Shown: positions 17,822 through 28,803, counted from the stretch's first letter. The stretch: 38,586 bases of DNA from an uncultured Myxococcales bacterium (GCA_964476305.1 CAYZAI010000002.1:1-38586); one strand, 5' to 3'. Numbers and translations are program-made. Notes: generated from the sequence alone by a model not told the origin.

Positions 17822-19216
17822 TCAGAAGATCTTGCCCGGGTTCATGAGCCCCGTGGGGTCGAAGACTCTTTTCAATTCGCGCAACAGGGCGATGTTGTCC
17901 GGGCCCAGCTCCCGCGGCAGCCAGGCGCGCTTGGCCAGGCCCACACCGTGCTCGCCCGTGATGGTGCCCTGGAGCGAGAGCACGAGGGCGAACAGGTCGT
18001 CGAGGGCCGGGCCCGGGTCGAAACCGCCGTCTTCCCACAGCAGGTTGACGTGGTAGTTGCCGTCCCCCGCGTGGCCGTAGGAGGCGATGGTGATCCCGAG
18101 GCGCTCGCCGATGACCCGCAGGCCCTCCAGCAGCTCGGCGGCTCGGGATCGTGGCACACACACGTCCTCGGCGATCTTGAAGCCATGCGCCTGCTTGATG
18201 GCGTCGGACAGGCCGCGTCGGGCCGCCCACAGACGGTCGCGTTCGCCACCGTGGCGCGCCATCAGCACCTCCACCGCGCCCGCGGCCTCGGCCGCGTCGG
18301 CGAGGCGCAGGGACTCGGTCTCGACGAGCTCGGGCGAAGCGCCGTCCACCTCGGCCAGGACCAGGGCGCCGGTGTCCTCGGGCACCGCGCCCGCGCCGGA
18401 GCGGCGAAGGGTCTCGACCAGGACGCCGTCCATGAACTCCATCACCCGGGGCACGAGCCCGGCCGCGACGATCCTGCCGACGGCGCGGCCAGCGGCCACC
18501 TCGTCGGCGAAGCGGATGAGCAGCGTGGCCAGGGCCGGGGGCTTGCGCAGGAGGCGCAGGGTGAGCTCCGTGAACACGCCCAGGGTGCCCTCGCTGCCCA
18601 CCAGCAGGGCGGTGACGTCGTAGCCGGCCACGCCCTTGACCGTGCGCCGCCCGGTGCGCAAGGTGGCGCCGCCCATCAGCGCGGTCTCGAGGCCGAGCAC
18701 GTACTCGCGGGTCACGCCGTACTTGAACGCCCGTGGGCCGCCGGCGTTGTGCGCCGCGTTGCCTCCCAGGGTGCAGGTCTCGAGGCTGTTGGGATCGGGC
18801 GGGTAGAACAGGCCCTCGTCCTCAACGGCCTGCTGGAAGGCGCCGGTGATGCAGCCGGGCTCGGCCACGGCGAGCAGGTCGTCGCGGTTGATTTCGACGA
18901 TGCGGTCGAGCCGTGTGAGGTCGAGCACCACACCGCCGCGAGCCGGGATCGCGCCGCCGGACTTGCCCGTTCCGCCGCCCCGGGCCGTGACCGGTACGCC
19001 GTGGGCCGCGCAGAGCTCCAGTGCGGCGATCACGTCGTCGCGGTCGTGGGCGCGGACCGCCAGGTCGGGCAGGGCCGGCGCGCAGCACGATTCGTCGTGG
19101 CCGAGGCTCTCGAGCAGGTCGGGGTCATCGACCACCTTGTGCTCGCCGATGCGGCGGGCCAGGGGCCCGGCCACCTTCAGCGTCTTGTCGCGCGGGATGC
19201 GATCGCCCTCGCCCAT
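17822..19216 (-). CDS. glcD: FAD-linked oxidase, GlcD/D-lactate dehydrogenase family
   Basis: PCMH-type FAD-binding motifs RGGGTGKSGG and LGGNAAHNAGG. C-terminal GEHGVGLAKR motif and a NPGKIF end. Confidence 0.9.
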   Translation of the reverse strand: MGEGDRIPRDKTLKVAGPLARRIGEHKVVDDPDLLESLGHDESCCAPALPDLAVRAHDRDDVIAALELCAAHGVPVTARGGGTGKSGGAIPARGGVVLDLTRLDRIVEINRDDLLAVAEPGCITGAFQQAVEDEGLFYPPDPNSLETCTLGGNAAHNAGGPRAFKYGVTREYVLGLETALMGGATLRTGRRTVKGVAGYDVTALLVGSEGTLGVFTELTLRLLRKPPALATLLIRFADEVAAGRAVGRIVAAGLVPRVMEFMDGVLVETLRRSGAGAVPEDTGALVLAEVDGASPELVETESLRLADAAEAAGAVEVLMARHGGERDRLWAARRGLSDAIKQAHGFKIAEDVCVPRSRAAELLEGLRVIGERLGITIASYGHAGDGNYHVNLLWEDGGFDPGPALDDLFALVLSLQGTITGEHGVGLAKRAWLPRELGPDNIALLRELKRVFDPTGLMNPGKIF

Positions 19217-19281
19217 GAGGCCGGGTTAGCAGTTCGCCGGATGGCGGGCAAGGGGCCGCCCTTGGGGGGGCCACCGCGGGA

Positions 19282-19884
19282 TCAGCCGGGAGCGGCGAGA
19301 TCCAGGGACGCGACGACCGCCTCGAACAGCTTTTCGTAGGACCGGCGCTCAAGGAAGCGCGCCCCGCACTGGAACACGATCGCCTCGTCGCCGTGGAGCA
19401 CCAGGTAGTTGACGAGCAGCCATTCGCCGCCTTGCTTCCGCCGGGCGTGAAAGGAGACGTGGAACACCCGGTTCGCCCCGAGCGCGAGGAAGCCCCGATC
19501 CAGCTCCTCCATCGATCCGCCCCAGTGGGAGATCATGTCGTCGCGGAAGCTCCGCGCGTAGCGGTCCGCCCGGTCCTCGAACGACCCGGCGGCTCGTGCC
19601 TGGACCCGGATCTGCAGCCCGGCGGTCTTGCCCCGCGAGATGTCGGCGCGGATCATGTGGCTCGTGCCCGAGTGATCGGCCAGCGTCCAGTCGGAGGGGT
19701 AGGAGAGGCGGTAGCCGTGCCGCGAGTCGGCGAACACCGCGTCGAGCCCCTCGACGGTATCGATCCCCGGCTCGATCGCCTCGACCCGCTCCGGCGCTTC
19801 CGTCCGCTCCCGCCCGCAGGCGAGGGCCAGCAGGGTCGCCGCCAGGGCGGCCGTCGCGTTCGGAAAAGCACGCCCTCGTCGCAT
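19282..19884 (-). CDS. lipoprotein, PsbP/DcrB-like fold suspected
   Basis: ATG 19884. Lipobox LLALAC-G. The YRLSYPSDWTL segment is typical of PsbP-like domains. The longer listed ORF (to 20229) is a Pro/Ser/Ala-rich extension with no signal peptide. Confidence 0.65.
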   Translation of the reverse strand: MRRGRAFPNATAALAATLLALACGRERTEAPERVEAIEPGIDTVEGLDAVFADSRHGYRLSYPSDWTLADHSGTSHMIRADISRGKTAGLQIRVQARAAGSFEDRADRYARSFRDDMISHWGGSMEELDRGFLALGANRVFHVSFHARRKQGGEWLLVNYLVLHGDEAIVFQCGARFLERRSYEKLFEAVVASLDLAAPG

Positions 19885-19932
19885 GGCGTCGGAGGTAGCA
19901 CACGGCTCGTGCCCGGACAACCGCTCGCGGAT

Positions 19933-19961
19933 GGAACCGACGGCGGGTTTCGGGATATACT
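19933..19961 (+). promoter_or_regulatory. possible promoter with -10 TATACT ending 8 nt before ATG 19970 (leaderless candidate)
   Basis: TATACT at 19956-19961. Weak -35 GGAACC. There is no SD before the ATG (ggccgcccATG). Confidence 0.25.
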
Positions 19962-19969
19962 GGCCGCCC

Positions 19970-20695
19970 ATGGGACCAAGCGCCACGGCGGTTGCCACGA
20001 TGCTCGCGGGCCTGCTCGCGGCCGGCCTCGTGTTCGGCCAGGAGGACGACGCGGACGCCGGTGTTCCCGACGACGGGCCCCCGGCGGCGACGCCGGTCGA
20101 GGGCCGCGACCTGGCCCAGGAGGCTGCAGCCCTCGAGCTCGCGGGCTTCCGCAACCTGGCCGTGGTGCACATCACCTCGGAGCCGCCCGGAGCCGAGGTC
20201 GCCCTGGGCGCGGAGAACCGCTGCTTCACACCCTGCCGCCTGACGCTTCCTCCGGGTCAGTACCACCTCGTCTTCGAGCACCCGGACCGCGACCCTGTGG
20301 AAGTCGTGGCCGACGTCGCCACCCACGAGTCGGTGCGCGTGCACGGCGTGCTCGGCAGCCGGACCCCCCCCGAGATCATCGTCCCGCTCTACTTCGTCGG
20401 AGCGATCTTCTCGGCCGGCGGGATCTCCTCCCTGATCCTCAACCGGGACGACGGGCCGCGGTCCCTCGAGGAGAGCGAAGGCGACGCGGACTCGAGGCGT
20501 TTTCATCGCAACCTGGGCGCGGTGTCGGTGGCGGTGGGCGTGCCCCTTCTGGTGCTGGCGACCTACCTGCTGGCGGCCGGTCGCCCGGGCTCCGTGTCCG
20601 TCTCCGCCGGGCCGGCCGGCCCCGGGCTCGGGATCGTGCCCGCGGTGGACGAGGATGGTGACGTCGTCGGCGCCGGGCTCGGCGCATCGTTCTGA
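19970..20695 (+). CDS. PEGA domain-containing membrane protein
   Basis: Signal peptide AVATMLAGLLAAGLVFG. PEGA motif VVHITSEPPGAEVAL...CRLTLPPGQYHLVFE. C-terminal TM segments. Confidence 0.7.
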   Translation: MGPSATAVATMLAGLLAAGLVFGQEDDADAGVPDDGPPAATPVEGRDLAQEAAALELAGFRNLAVVHITSEPPGAEVALGAENRCFTPCRLTLPPGQYHLVFEHPDRDPVEVVADVATHESVRVHGVLGSRTPPEIIVPLYFVGAIFSAGGISSLILNRDDGPRSLEESEGDADSRRFHRNLGAVSVAVGVPLLVLATYLLAAGRPGSVSVSAGPAGPGLGIVPAVDEDGDVVGAGLGASF

Positions 20696-20731
20696 CATCG
20701 GCCCCGGGGGAGCGAGGAGGATCGGACGGCC

Positions 20732-21844
20732 ATGAGCGGGAGCGAAGCGGAAGGGCGCGGCATCCTGGTGATCAACCCGGGCGGGACGTCCACCAAGATC
20801 GCCCTCTTCGACGGCGACCGCGAGCTGTTCTCGCTGGACGTGCGCCACGATCCCGCGGCCCTCGCCGCTTGTGGCCGGGTGATCGACCAGCTCGATTTCC
20901 GGCTCGGCACGGTCCGTGACGCGCTGGCCGGGCGTGGGGCTTCCGTGACCGGGCTGGCCGCGGTGGCGGGTCGGGGAGGGGCCCTGGCGCCCGTGCCGAG
21001 TGGGACGTTCCTCGTGGACGGGGCGATGCTCGAAGCGATCCGCGCGGGCCGCGTCCTGGTCGAACACCCGAGCCTGCTCGGGGCGCCGATGGCGGACCGA
21101 GTCGCCCGGGAGGCTGGCTGCCCGGCGTTCGTCGTGGACCCGGTCTGCGTCGACGAGCTCCTGCCCGAGGCCCGGCTGAGCGGCCTGCCCGCGCTGCCGC
21201 GCCGGGCCTTGTCGCACGCGCTCAGCGTCAAGGCCGCGGCCCGCGAGGTGGCGGGACGGATGGGGCGCCCGCTCGAGGAGCTGGACCTGATCGTGCTGCA
21301 CCTGGGCTCGGGCTTCACCGTGGCCGCCCAGCGCCGCGGGAGGCAGGTCGACCACAACGACGCCACGGCCTGCGGCCCCATGGCACCCACCCGTGCCGGC
21401 GAGCTGCCGAGCCTGGACTTCGCCAGGCTGTGCTTCTCGGGGCAGATCACCTTCGAGCAGGTCGAGCGGATGCTGGTGGGCGAGGGCGGCTGGCGCGCCC
21501 ACCTCGGCACGGACGACGTGCGCGAGATCTACCGCCGCGTCGATGCCGGGGACACCGCCGCGAGGCTCGTGCTCGACGCCACGCTGCACCAGCTCGCCAA
21601 GGAAGTGGGCGGGCTTCTGGCCGTTCTCTCGGGCCGGGTGGACGCCATCGTCATCACCGGAGGCGTGGCGCGTTCCGAGCGCTTCGTGGCCGAGCTGGAA
21701 GCGCGCCTGGCCTGGATCGGCGCGCCGCTCCACGTGCTGCCCGGCGAGAACGAGATGGCGGCCCTGGCCCGGGGCGCGAGGCGAGTCCTCGACGGCGAGA
21801 TCGAGGCGCTGTCCGTGGGCCCGTTCCTCGAGGCGGGAGGTTGA
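20732..21844 (+). CDS. buk: butyrate kinase
   Basis: ASKHA-fold motifs ILVINPGGTSTKIALF, HLGSGFTV and ITGGVARS, plus a PGENEMAALA C-terminus. GAGGAGG SD. Confidence 0.9.
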   Translation: MSGSEAEGRGILVINPGGTSTKIALFDGDRELFSLDVRHDPAALAACGRVIDQLDFRLGTVRDALAGRGASVTGLAAVAGRGGALAPVPSGTFLVDGAMLEAIRAGRVLVEHPSLLGAPMADRVAREAGCPAFVVDPVCVDELLPEARLSGLPALPRRALSHALSVKAAAREVAGRMGRPLEELDLIVLHLGSGFTVAAQRRGRQVDHNDATACGPMAPTRAGELPSLDFARLCFSGQITFEQVERMLVGEGGWRAHLGTDDVREIYRRVDAGDTAARLVLDATLHQLAKEVGGLLAVLSGRVDAIVITGGVARSERFVAELEARLAWIGAPLHVLPGENEMAALARGARRVLDGEIEALSVGPFLEAGG

Positions 21845-21848
21845 GGCG

Positions 21849-22388
21849 ATGCGAGACGCGACAAAGGTGCGGATCATCCTCGCCTTCCTGCTCCTCGCCA
21901 TGTGCCACCACGTGGGCCCGACCGACGGCGCGGGCGCGCCGGACGGGGGGTCCGACGCCGACAGCGACATCGACGCCGATGTGGACGACGACGTCGACGG
22001 CGACGCGGACGGCGACGGCGATGCGGACGGGGACGGCGACGGGGACGGGGATGCCGACGGGGACACCGACGACCCTCCGCCCTGCCCGATGGACAGCGGC
22101 TGGCCCTGCCCCTGCGGCATGGGGACGCTGGTGTGCCAGGACGGGTCCCTCTGCGCCGAGCTTTCCGAACCCGTCATGGGCCGCTTCTGCGCCGCTCCCT
22201 GCTCCGGCGAGGGAGGGGAGTGCCCGCCCACGGACTACGAGGCCGAGGGTCAGTGCCTGCTGTCGGATGGCCTGGAATCCTTCTATTGCATCTTGGTCTG
22301 CGAGGACGAGGACGAGTGTCCGCCGGACCAGCTCTGCGTGGAGGTCGGGGGGGTCCTGGTCTGCCTGCCCGAGTGGACCTGGGACTGA
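21849..22388 (+). CDS. small secreted protein: polyacidic (Asp-Gly/Ala/Val)n tract followed by a Cys-rich domain
   Basis: ATG 21849 lies 4 nt after the buk stop, with GGGAGG upstream. Signal peptide VRIILAFLLLAMC. D-rich tract, then about 14 Cys (PPCPMDSGWPCPCG...CEDEDECPPDQLC). Confidence 0.7.
   Translation: MRDATKVRIILAFLLLAMCHHVGPTDGAGAPDGGSDADSDIDADVDDDVDGDADGDGDADGDGDGDGDADGDTDDPPPCPMDSGWPCPCGMGTLVCQDGSLCAELSEPVMGRFCAAPCSGEGGECPPTDYEAEGQCLLSDGLESFYCILVCEDEDECPPDQLCVEVGGVLVCLPEWTWD
21954..22071. repeat. imperfect GAC-GNN repeat encoding the Asp-rich tract
   Basis: Direct reading: gacggcgacgcggacggcgacggcgatgcggacggggacggcgacggggacggggat... Confidence 0.8.
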
Positions 22389-22457
22389 CCGATGACATCA
22401 CGGCCGAGTTCAACGCCTGCGATGACGTAACGATGACCTACTAGCGGTTTCACCTCC

Positions 22458-22485
22458 TTGCTTCCCGACAATTCCGATCCATAAT
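22458..22485 (+). promoter_or_regulatory. sigma70-like promoter TTGCTT-N16-CATAAT upstream of the cytochrome operon
   Basis: Hexamers read directly. A 6-bp stem-loop (22490-22509) and a GGAGGA SD (22515-22520) follow. Confidence 0.3.
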
Positions 22486-22527
22486 AGCCGGTGCAACTTG
22501 AACTGCACCTTTTCGGAGGAACCCGAC

Positions 22528-23700
22528 ATGACTCATCGACAGCGGCGCCCCGGCGTCGCGGTGGCGGTCCTGCTCGGCGCGGCCCTGCTGGCGCCGATCT
22601 TCGGCGGCGTTCTGGCGGACGACGCGGGCGTCGACGAGGATTGGTCTGCCTTGAAGGACGGCCGGGAGGTCTTCGAGGCGGCCTGCGCCACCTGTCACGG
22701 CGGCCGTGGCACGGGCACCGACCGGGCGATCCGGGGCTTCGCCGTCAAACCGCCGGACTTCACCGACTGCGAGTTCACGTCGCGGGAGATGACGGTGGAC
22801 TGGGTCGGCATCGCCACCCTGGGCGGGCCGGTCAAGGCCTTCGACCCGCTGATGCCGGCCTTCGGCAAGGTGCTCTCCCGGGAGCAGATCGAGGCCGCGG
22901 TGGGTCACGTCAAGGCCTTCTGCCCTGAGAAGCGCTGGCCCCCCGGCGAGTTCAACCTGCCCAAGGCGCTGAACACGGGCAAGGCCTTCCCCGAGAACGA
23001 GGTGGCCTGGGAGATCACGTCGACGGTGGAGGAGCCCGTGGCGATCCACGGCAAGTTCGTCGTCGCGCGGCGGGTGGGCGCGCGGCACCAGCTCGAGGTG
23101 GCCATCCCGGGCGGCGCCCAGCAGCTCGATCACACGTCGCCCGACGGAGAGGCAGGGTACCGCTGGGGAGAGGGCGTCGGGGACATCGCCCTGGCCTGGA
23201 AGGGCGTGCTCTGGCACCACCTGCCCGCGGGCACCATCGGCAGCATGGCCCTGGACGTGTTCCTGCCCACGGGCGACGTGGCGGACGGCTTCGGCAAGGG
23301 GATCTTCTCCTTCGAGCCGGCCCTGCTGATCGGACAGATCATCCCTGGAGTGGGGTTCGTCCAGCTCCAGGGCGGGGCCGAGCTCTCGACGGATCCCGGC
23401 GTGGCCGGGCACGCCCTGTTCTGGCGCGGCGCCGTGGGGCGCACCTTCCGCCAGAACGGGGGCTTCGGCCGCTCGTGGTCGCCGATGGTGGAGATCCTAG
23501 GCGCCACCGAGATCGACGACGGCGTGTCCCCGGACTGGGACATCGTGCCCCAGCTCCAGGTGGCCCTCAGCACGCGCCAGCACGTGCGGCTGGGCCTCGG
23601 GGCGCTGCTGCCCCTGACCCGCTTCGAGGACCGCCAGATCGAGGTGCAGGCCTACCTCATCTGGGACTGGTACGACGGCGGCTTCGGGGAAGGATGGTGA
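22528..23700 (+). CDS. monohaem class I cytochrome c domain fused to a predicted ~12-strand outer-membrane beta-barrel
   Basis: GGAGGA SD lies 7 nt before ATG 22528. Signal peptide VAVAVLLGAALLAPIFGGVLA. One CATCH motif plus a PLMPAFG Met-ligand-like segment. About 270 aa of alternating amphipathic strands follow, ending in an aromatic C-terminus (GFGEGW). Confidence 0.75.
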   Translation: MTHRQRRPGVAVAVLLGAALLAPIFGGVLADDAGVDEDWSALKDGREVFEAACATCHGGRGTGTDRAIRGFAVKPPDFTDCEFTSREMTVDWVGIATLGGPVKAFDPLMPAFGKVLSREQIEAAVGHVKAFCPEKRWPPGEFNLPKALNTGKAFPENEVAWEITSTVEEPVAIHGKFVVARRVGARHQLEVAIPGGAQQLDHTSPDGEAGYRWGEGVGDIALAWKGVLWHHLPAGTIGSMALDVFLPTGDVADGFGKGIFSFEPALLIGQIIPGVGFVQLQGGAELSTDPGVAGHALFWRGAVGRTFRQNGGFGRSWSPMVEILGATEIDDGVSPDWDIVPQLQVALSTRQHVRLGLGALLPLTRFEDRQIEVQAYLIWDWYDGGFGEGW

Positions 23701-23704
23701 TGCC

Positions 23705-25396
23705 ATGAACGGACTCACGCCCCGCTTCATCGCAATCCCGGGCGCGGTCCTGGGCGCGGTCCTGTTCGCGGCCCTGGCCCCGGCCGGGGACCCCGGACCC
23801 GACCCGGAAGAGCTGTTCGAGACCTCGCACTCGTGCATCGCCTGCCACGGCGGGATGACCACCGCGGGCGGGCAGGACGGCTCCATCGGCACCCGGTGGC
23901 GTTCGACGGTCATGGCCAATGCGGCCAGGGATCCCTACTGGCAGGCCTCGGTGCGGCGCGAGGTCGGCGATCACCCGGCGGCGGCCTCGGCCATCGAGGA
24001 CAAGTGCAGCACGTGTCACATGCCCATGGCCCGGTTCGCGAGGCGCGAGCGGGGCGGCACGGGCGAGATCCTGTCGCTGGTCCAGGCCGGCCCCGTGGAC
24101 ACCGGCACCCGCATCGGCGCCCTGGCCGAGGACGGGGTCTCGTGCGCGGTCTGCCACCAGATCGAGCCCGGCAACTTCGGCCGCCAGGAGAGCTTCGGCG
24201 GCGGCTTCACCGTGGACACGAGCCGGCCCCGAGGCGAGCGCCAGGTCCACGGCCCCTTCGACATCGGCGACGGCACGGCCCACGTGATGAGCTCGGCCAC
24301 GGGCTTCCTGCCGCAGCAAGGAGACCACGTGAGGCGATCCGAGCTGTGCGGCATCTGCCACACGCTGTATACCCACGCCCTCGATGCGGACGGCAACGAG
24401 CTCGCCGAGCTGGCGGAGCAGGCGCCCTACCTCGAGTGGCTGCACAGCGACTACGCCGAGGCCCAGTCGTGCCAGGACTGCCACATGCGGGCGGTGGGCG
24501 AGCCGGTGCCCCTGTCCAGCGTGCTCGGCAAGCCGAGGGAGGGCGTGGTAGAGCACGTCTTCCGCGGCGGGAACTTCCTGCTCGTCCGGCTGTTGGGCGC
24601 GCACCGCCACCGCCTCGGGGTCGAGGCTCTGCCCGGGGAGCTGGCCGCGAGCGAGCGCGCGACCCTCGAGCACCTGCAGTCCTCCGCGGCGGGCGTCGCC
24701 GTCGATGCCGGGGCCGCGATCGTCGCGGACGGTCGCCTGGTGTTTCCCGTGGCGGTCGAGAACACGGCCGGGCACAAGCTGCCCACGGCCTACCCCTCGC
24801 GCCGGGCCTGGCTCCACGTGGTCGTGCGCGACGCGAACGGCTCCCTGGTGTTCGAGTCCGGCGCCCTGCGCGAGGACGGCTCCATCGCGGGAAACGACAA
24901 CGACGAGGACGCCGCGCGCTTCGAGCCGCATCACGCGGAGATCTCGGATCCGGGCGAGGTGCAGATCTACGAGTCGATCATGGGCACGCCGGAGGGCGCG
25001 GTGACCACCGGGCTGCTGAAGGCCGCGGTCTACCTCAAGGACAACCGGGTCCTCCCGTTCGGCTTCGACAAGGCCACCGCGGATCGGGACGTCGCCGTGG
25101 CCGGCGCCGCCCTCGAGGACGACGACTTCACCGGGGGCAGTGACCGGGTGCTCTACAAGGTGCCCGTGGACGGCACGGCGGGCCCGTTCTCGGTGACCGC
25201 CGAGCTTCACTACCAGCCCATCGGCCACCGCTGGGCGACGAACCTCGCGGACGCGAAGGGCGACGAGCCGCGCCGGTTCGTGGCCATGTACCGCGCCTTC
25301 CCGGGGAAGGACACCGCCGTCCTCTTCGCCTCGGCCACCGCGACCATCGCCGCTCCGGCGCCACCGCCCGAGCCCGTTCCGGAAACCGGACAGTAG
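23705..25396 (+). CDS. secreted pentahaem c-type cytochrome with a large non-haem C-terminal domain
   Basis: Starts 4 nt after the previous stop. Has a signal peptide. Five CXXCH motifs: CIACH, CSTCH, CAVCH, CGICH and CQDCH. The C-terminal ~300 aa lack haem motifs. Confidence 0.85.
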   Translation: MNGLTPRFIAIPGAVLGAVLFAALAPAGDPGPDPEELFETSHSCIACHGGMTTAGGQDGSIGTRWRSTVMANAARDPYWQASVRREVGDHPAAASAIEDKCSTCHMPMARFARRERGGTGEILSLVQAGPVDTGTRIGALAEDGVSCAVCHQIEPGNFGRQESFGGGFTVDTSRPRGERQVHGPFDIGDGTAHVMSSATGFLPQQGDHVRRSELCGICHTLYTHALDADGNELAELAEQAPYLEWLHSDYAEAQSCQDCHMRAVGEPVPLSSVLGKPREGVVEHVFRGGNFLLVRLLGAHRHRLGVEALPGELAASERATLEHLQSSAAGVAVDAGAAIVADGRLVFPVAVENTAGHKLPTAYPSRRAWLHVVVRDANGSLVFESGALREDGSIAGNDNDEDAARFEPHHAEISDPGEVQIYESIMGTPEGAVTTGLLKAAVYLKDNRVLPFGFDKATADRDVAVAGAALEDDDFTGGSDRVLYKVPVDGTAGPFSVTAELHYQPIGHRWATNLADAKGDEPRRFVAMYRAFPGKDTAVLFASATATIAAPAPPPEPVPETGQ

Positions 25397-25434
25397 CCGT
25401 CCTTCGGCTGCCGGGGGGCTGGCACAAAGACCTT

Positions 25435-25447
25435 TTATGGTCCATAA
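25435..25447. promoter_or_regulatory. perfect 6-1-6 palindrome TTATGG-T-CCATAA, candidate antitoxin operator overlapping a CATAAT -10-like hexamer
   Basis: Read directly, 33 nt upstream of the antitoxin ATG. Type II TA operons are typically autoregulated at such palindromes. Confidence 0.4.
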
Positions 25448-25479
25448 TCGGTCCTATCTGCGCTGCGGGGAGGAAGAAG

Positions 25480-25755
25480 ATGCGCTTTTCGTCCCAGGTC
25501 AGGTCGGTGAGCTACCTCAAGGCCAACGCCGCCGACGTGCTGCTCGATCTCGCCGCGCGGCGCGAGCCGCTGGTCATCACCCAGAACGGGGAGGCCCGGG
25601 CCGTGCTGCAGGACGTCGCCTCCTACGAGGAGACGCAGGAGCTGCTGGCGCTGCTCCGGCTCCTGGCGCTGGGAGCCCGCGACATCGAGGCCGGCGCGGT
25701 CCGGCCCGTGGCCGACGTCGTGCGCCGGCTGCGCGCCCGGGGGACCGACGCCTGA
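25480..25755 (+). CDS. type II antitoxin, Phd/YefM family
   Basis: GGGGAGGAAG SD. N-terminal VSYLKANAADVLLDLAARREPLVITQNGEARAVLQDVASYEE matches the Phd/YefM pattern. Its stop overlaps the toxin start (ATGA-type coupling, tgATG). Confidence 0.85.
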   Translation: MRFSSQVRSVSYLKANAADVLLDLAARREPLVITQNGEARAVLQDVASYEETQELLALLRLLALGARDIEAGAVRPVADVVRRLRARGTDA

Positions 25756-26081
25756 TGCGCCACGCGGTGCTGCTCACGGCGGGCGCCGAGCGCGATCTGG
25801 AAGCGATCTACGACTACATCGCCGAGGCCGAGTCGAAGCGGAGCGCGGATCACGTGCTGGATCGGCTGCTGAAGGTCGCGGACAGCCTCTCGCGCTTCCC
25901 GGAGCGCGGAGCCGTGCCGCGGGAGCTTCGCGCGCTGGGAATCGGGGAGTACCGGCAGGTCTTCTTCAAGCCCTACCGGGTGGTCTACCGCATCGTCGGG
26001 CGGGACGTGGTGATCGTGCTGATCGCGGACGGCCGGCGGGAGATGCTGTCGCTGCTCGAGCGCCGCCTCCTCGCCCCGTGA
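25755..26081 (+). CDS. parE: type II toxin, ParE/RelE family
   Basis: 108 aa. LTAGAERDLEAIYDYIAE, FPERGAVPREL and YRVVYRIVGRDVVIVLIADGRR are typical of ParE/RelE (PF05016-like). Confidence 0.85.
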   Translation: MRHAVLLTAGAERDLEAIYDYIAEAESKRSADHVLDRLLKVADSLSRFPERGAVPRELRALGIGEYRQVFFKPYRVVYRIVGRDVVIVLIADGRREMLSLLERRLLAP

Positions 26082-26138
26082 ATCCCCGCGCGACGGAGCC
26101 GCAGCACCGCCGCTTCGGGTTCCCCGGACGGAGGTATC

Positions 26139-26147
26139 TGGTATAAC
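26139..26147 (+). promoter_or_regulatory. extended -10 element TGGTATAAC ending 7 nt before the mutS ATG (leaderless candidate)
   Basis: Read directly. No SD lies between it and ATG 26155 (gccctccATG). Confidence 0.3.
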
Positions 26148-26154
26148 GCCCTCC

Positions 26155-28799
<2,645 letters not shown>

Positions 28800-28803
<4 letters not shown>

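Noticed and set aside
19230-19262. Inverted repeat CAAGGG-gccg-CCCTTG downstream of the 19282-19884 lipoprotein gene, as a terminator
   Set aside because: No T-tract follows it on the minus strand. The stem is short and GC-rich, as expected by chance in this composition.
19349-22231. 960-aa minus-strand ORF
   Set aside because: It spans four well-supported genes (lipoprotein, PEGA, buk, Cys-rich protein), running antisense to three and out of frame over the fourth. The translation is Arg/Gly/Pro/Ala low complexity.
22490-22513. Hairpin GGTGCA-N8-TGCACC followed by TTTT, as a terminator for the Cys-rich protein gene
   Set aside because: The stem is only 6 bp. It lies downstream of a plausible promoter -10 (CATAAT at 22480-22485) and directly before the SD of the cytochrome gene. 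It is more likely a 5' UTR stem-loop, and I cannot decide without transcript mapping.
25420-25436. TGGCAC, resembling a sigma54 -24 element, upstream of the TA pair
   Set aside because: The expected -12 TTGCW element at the correct spacing is absent (the sequence is aaagaCCTTT). No enhancer-binding-protein context is present.
25437-25754. Upstream part of the 214-aa ORF 25437-26081
   Set aside because: It overlaps the Phd/YefM antitoxin out of frame and is Arg/Ala/Gly-rich. The ParE-like toxin begins at ATG 25755, coupled to the antitoxin stop.
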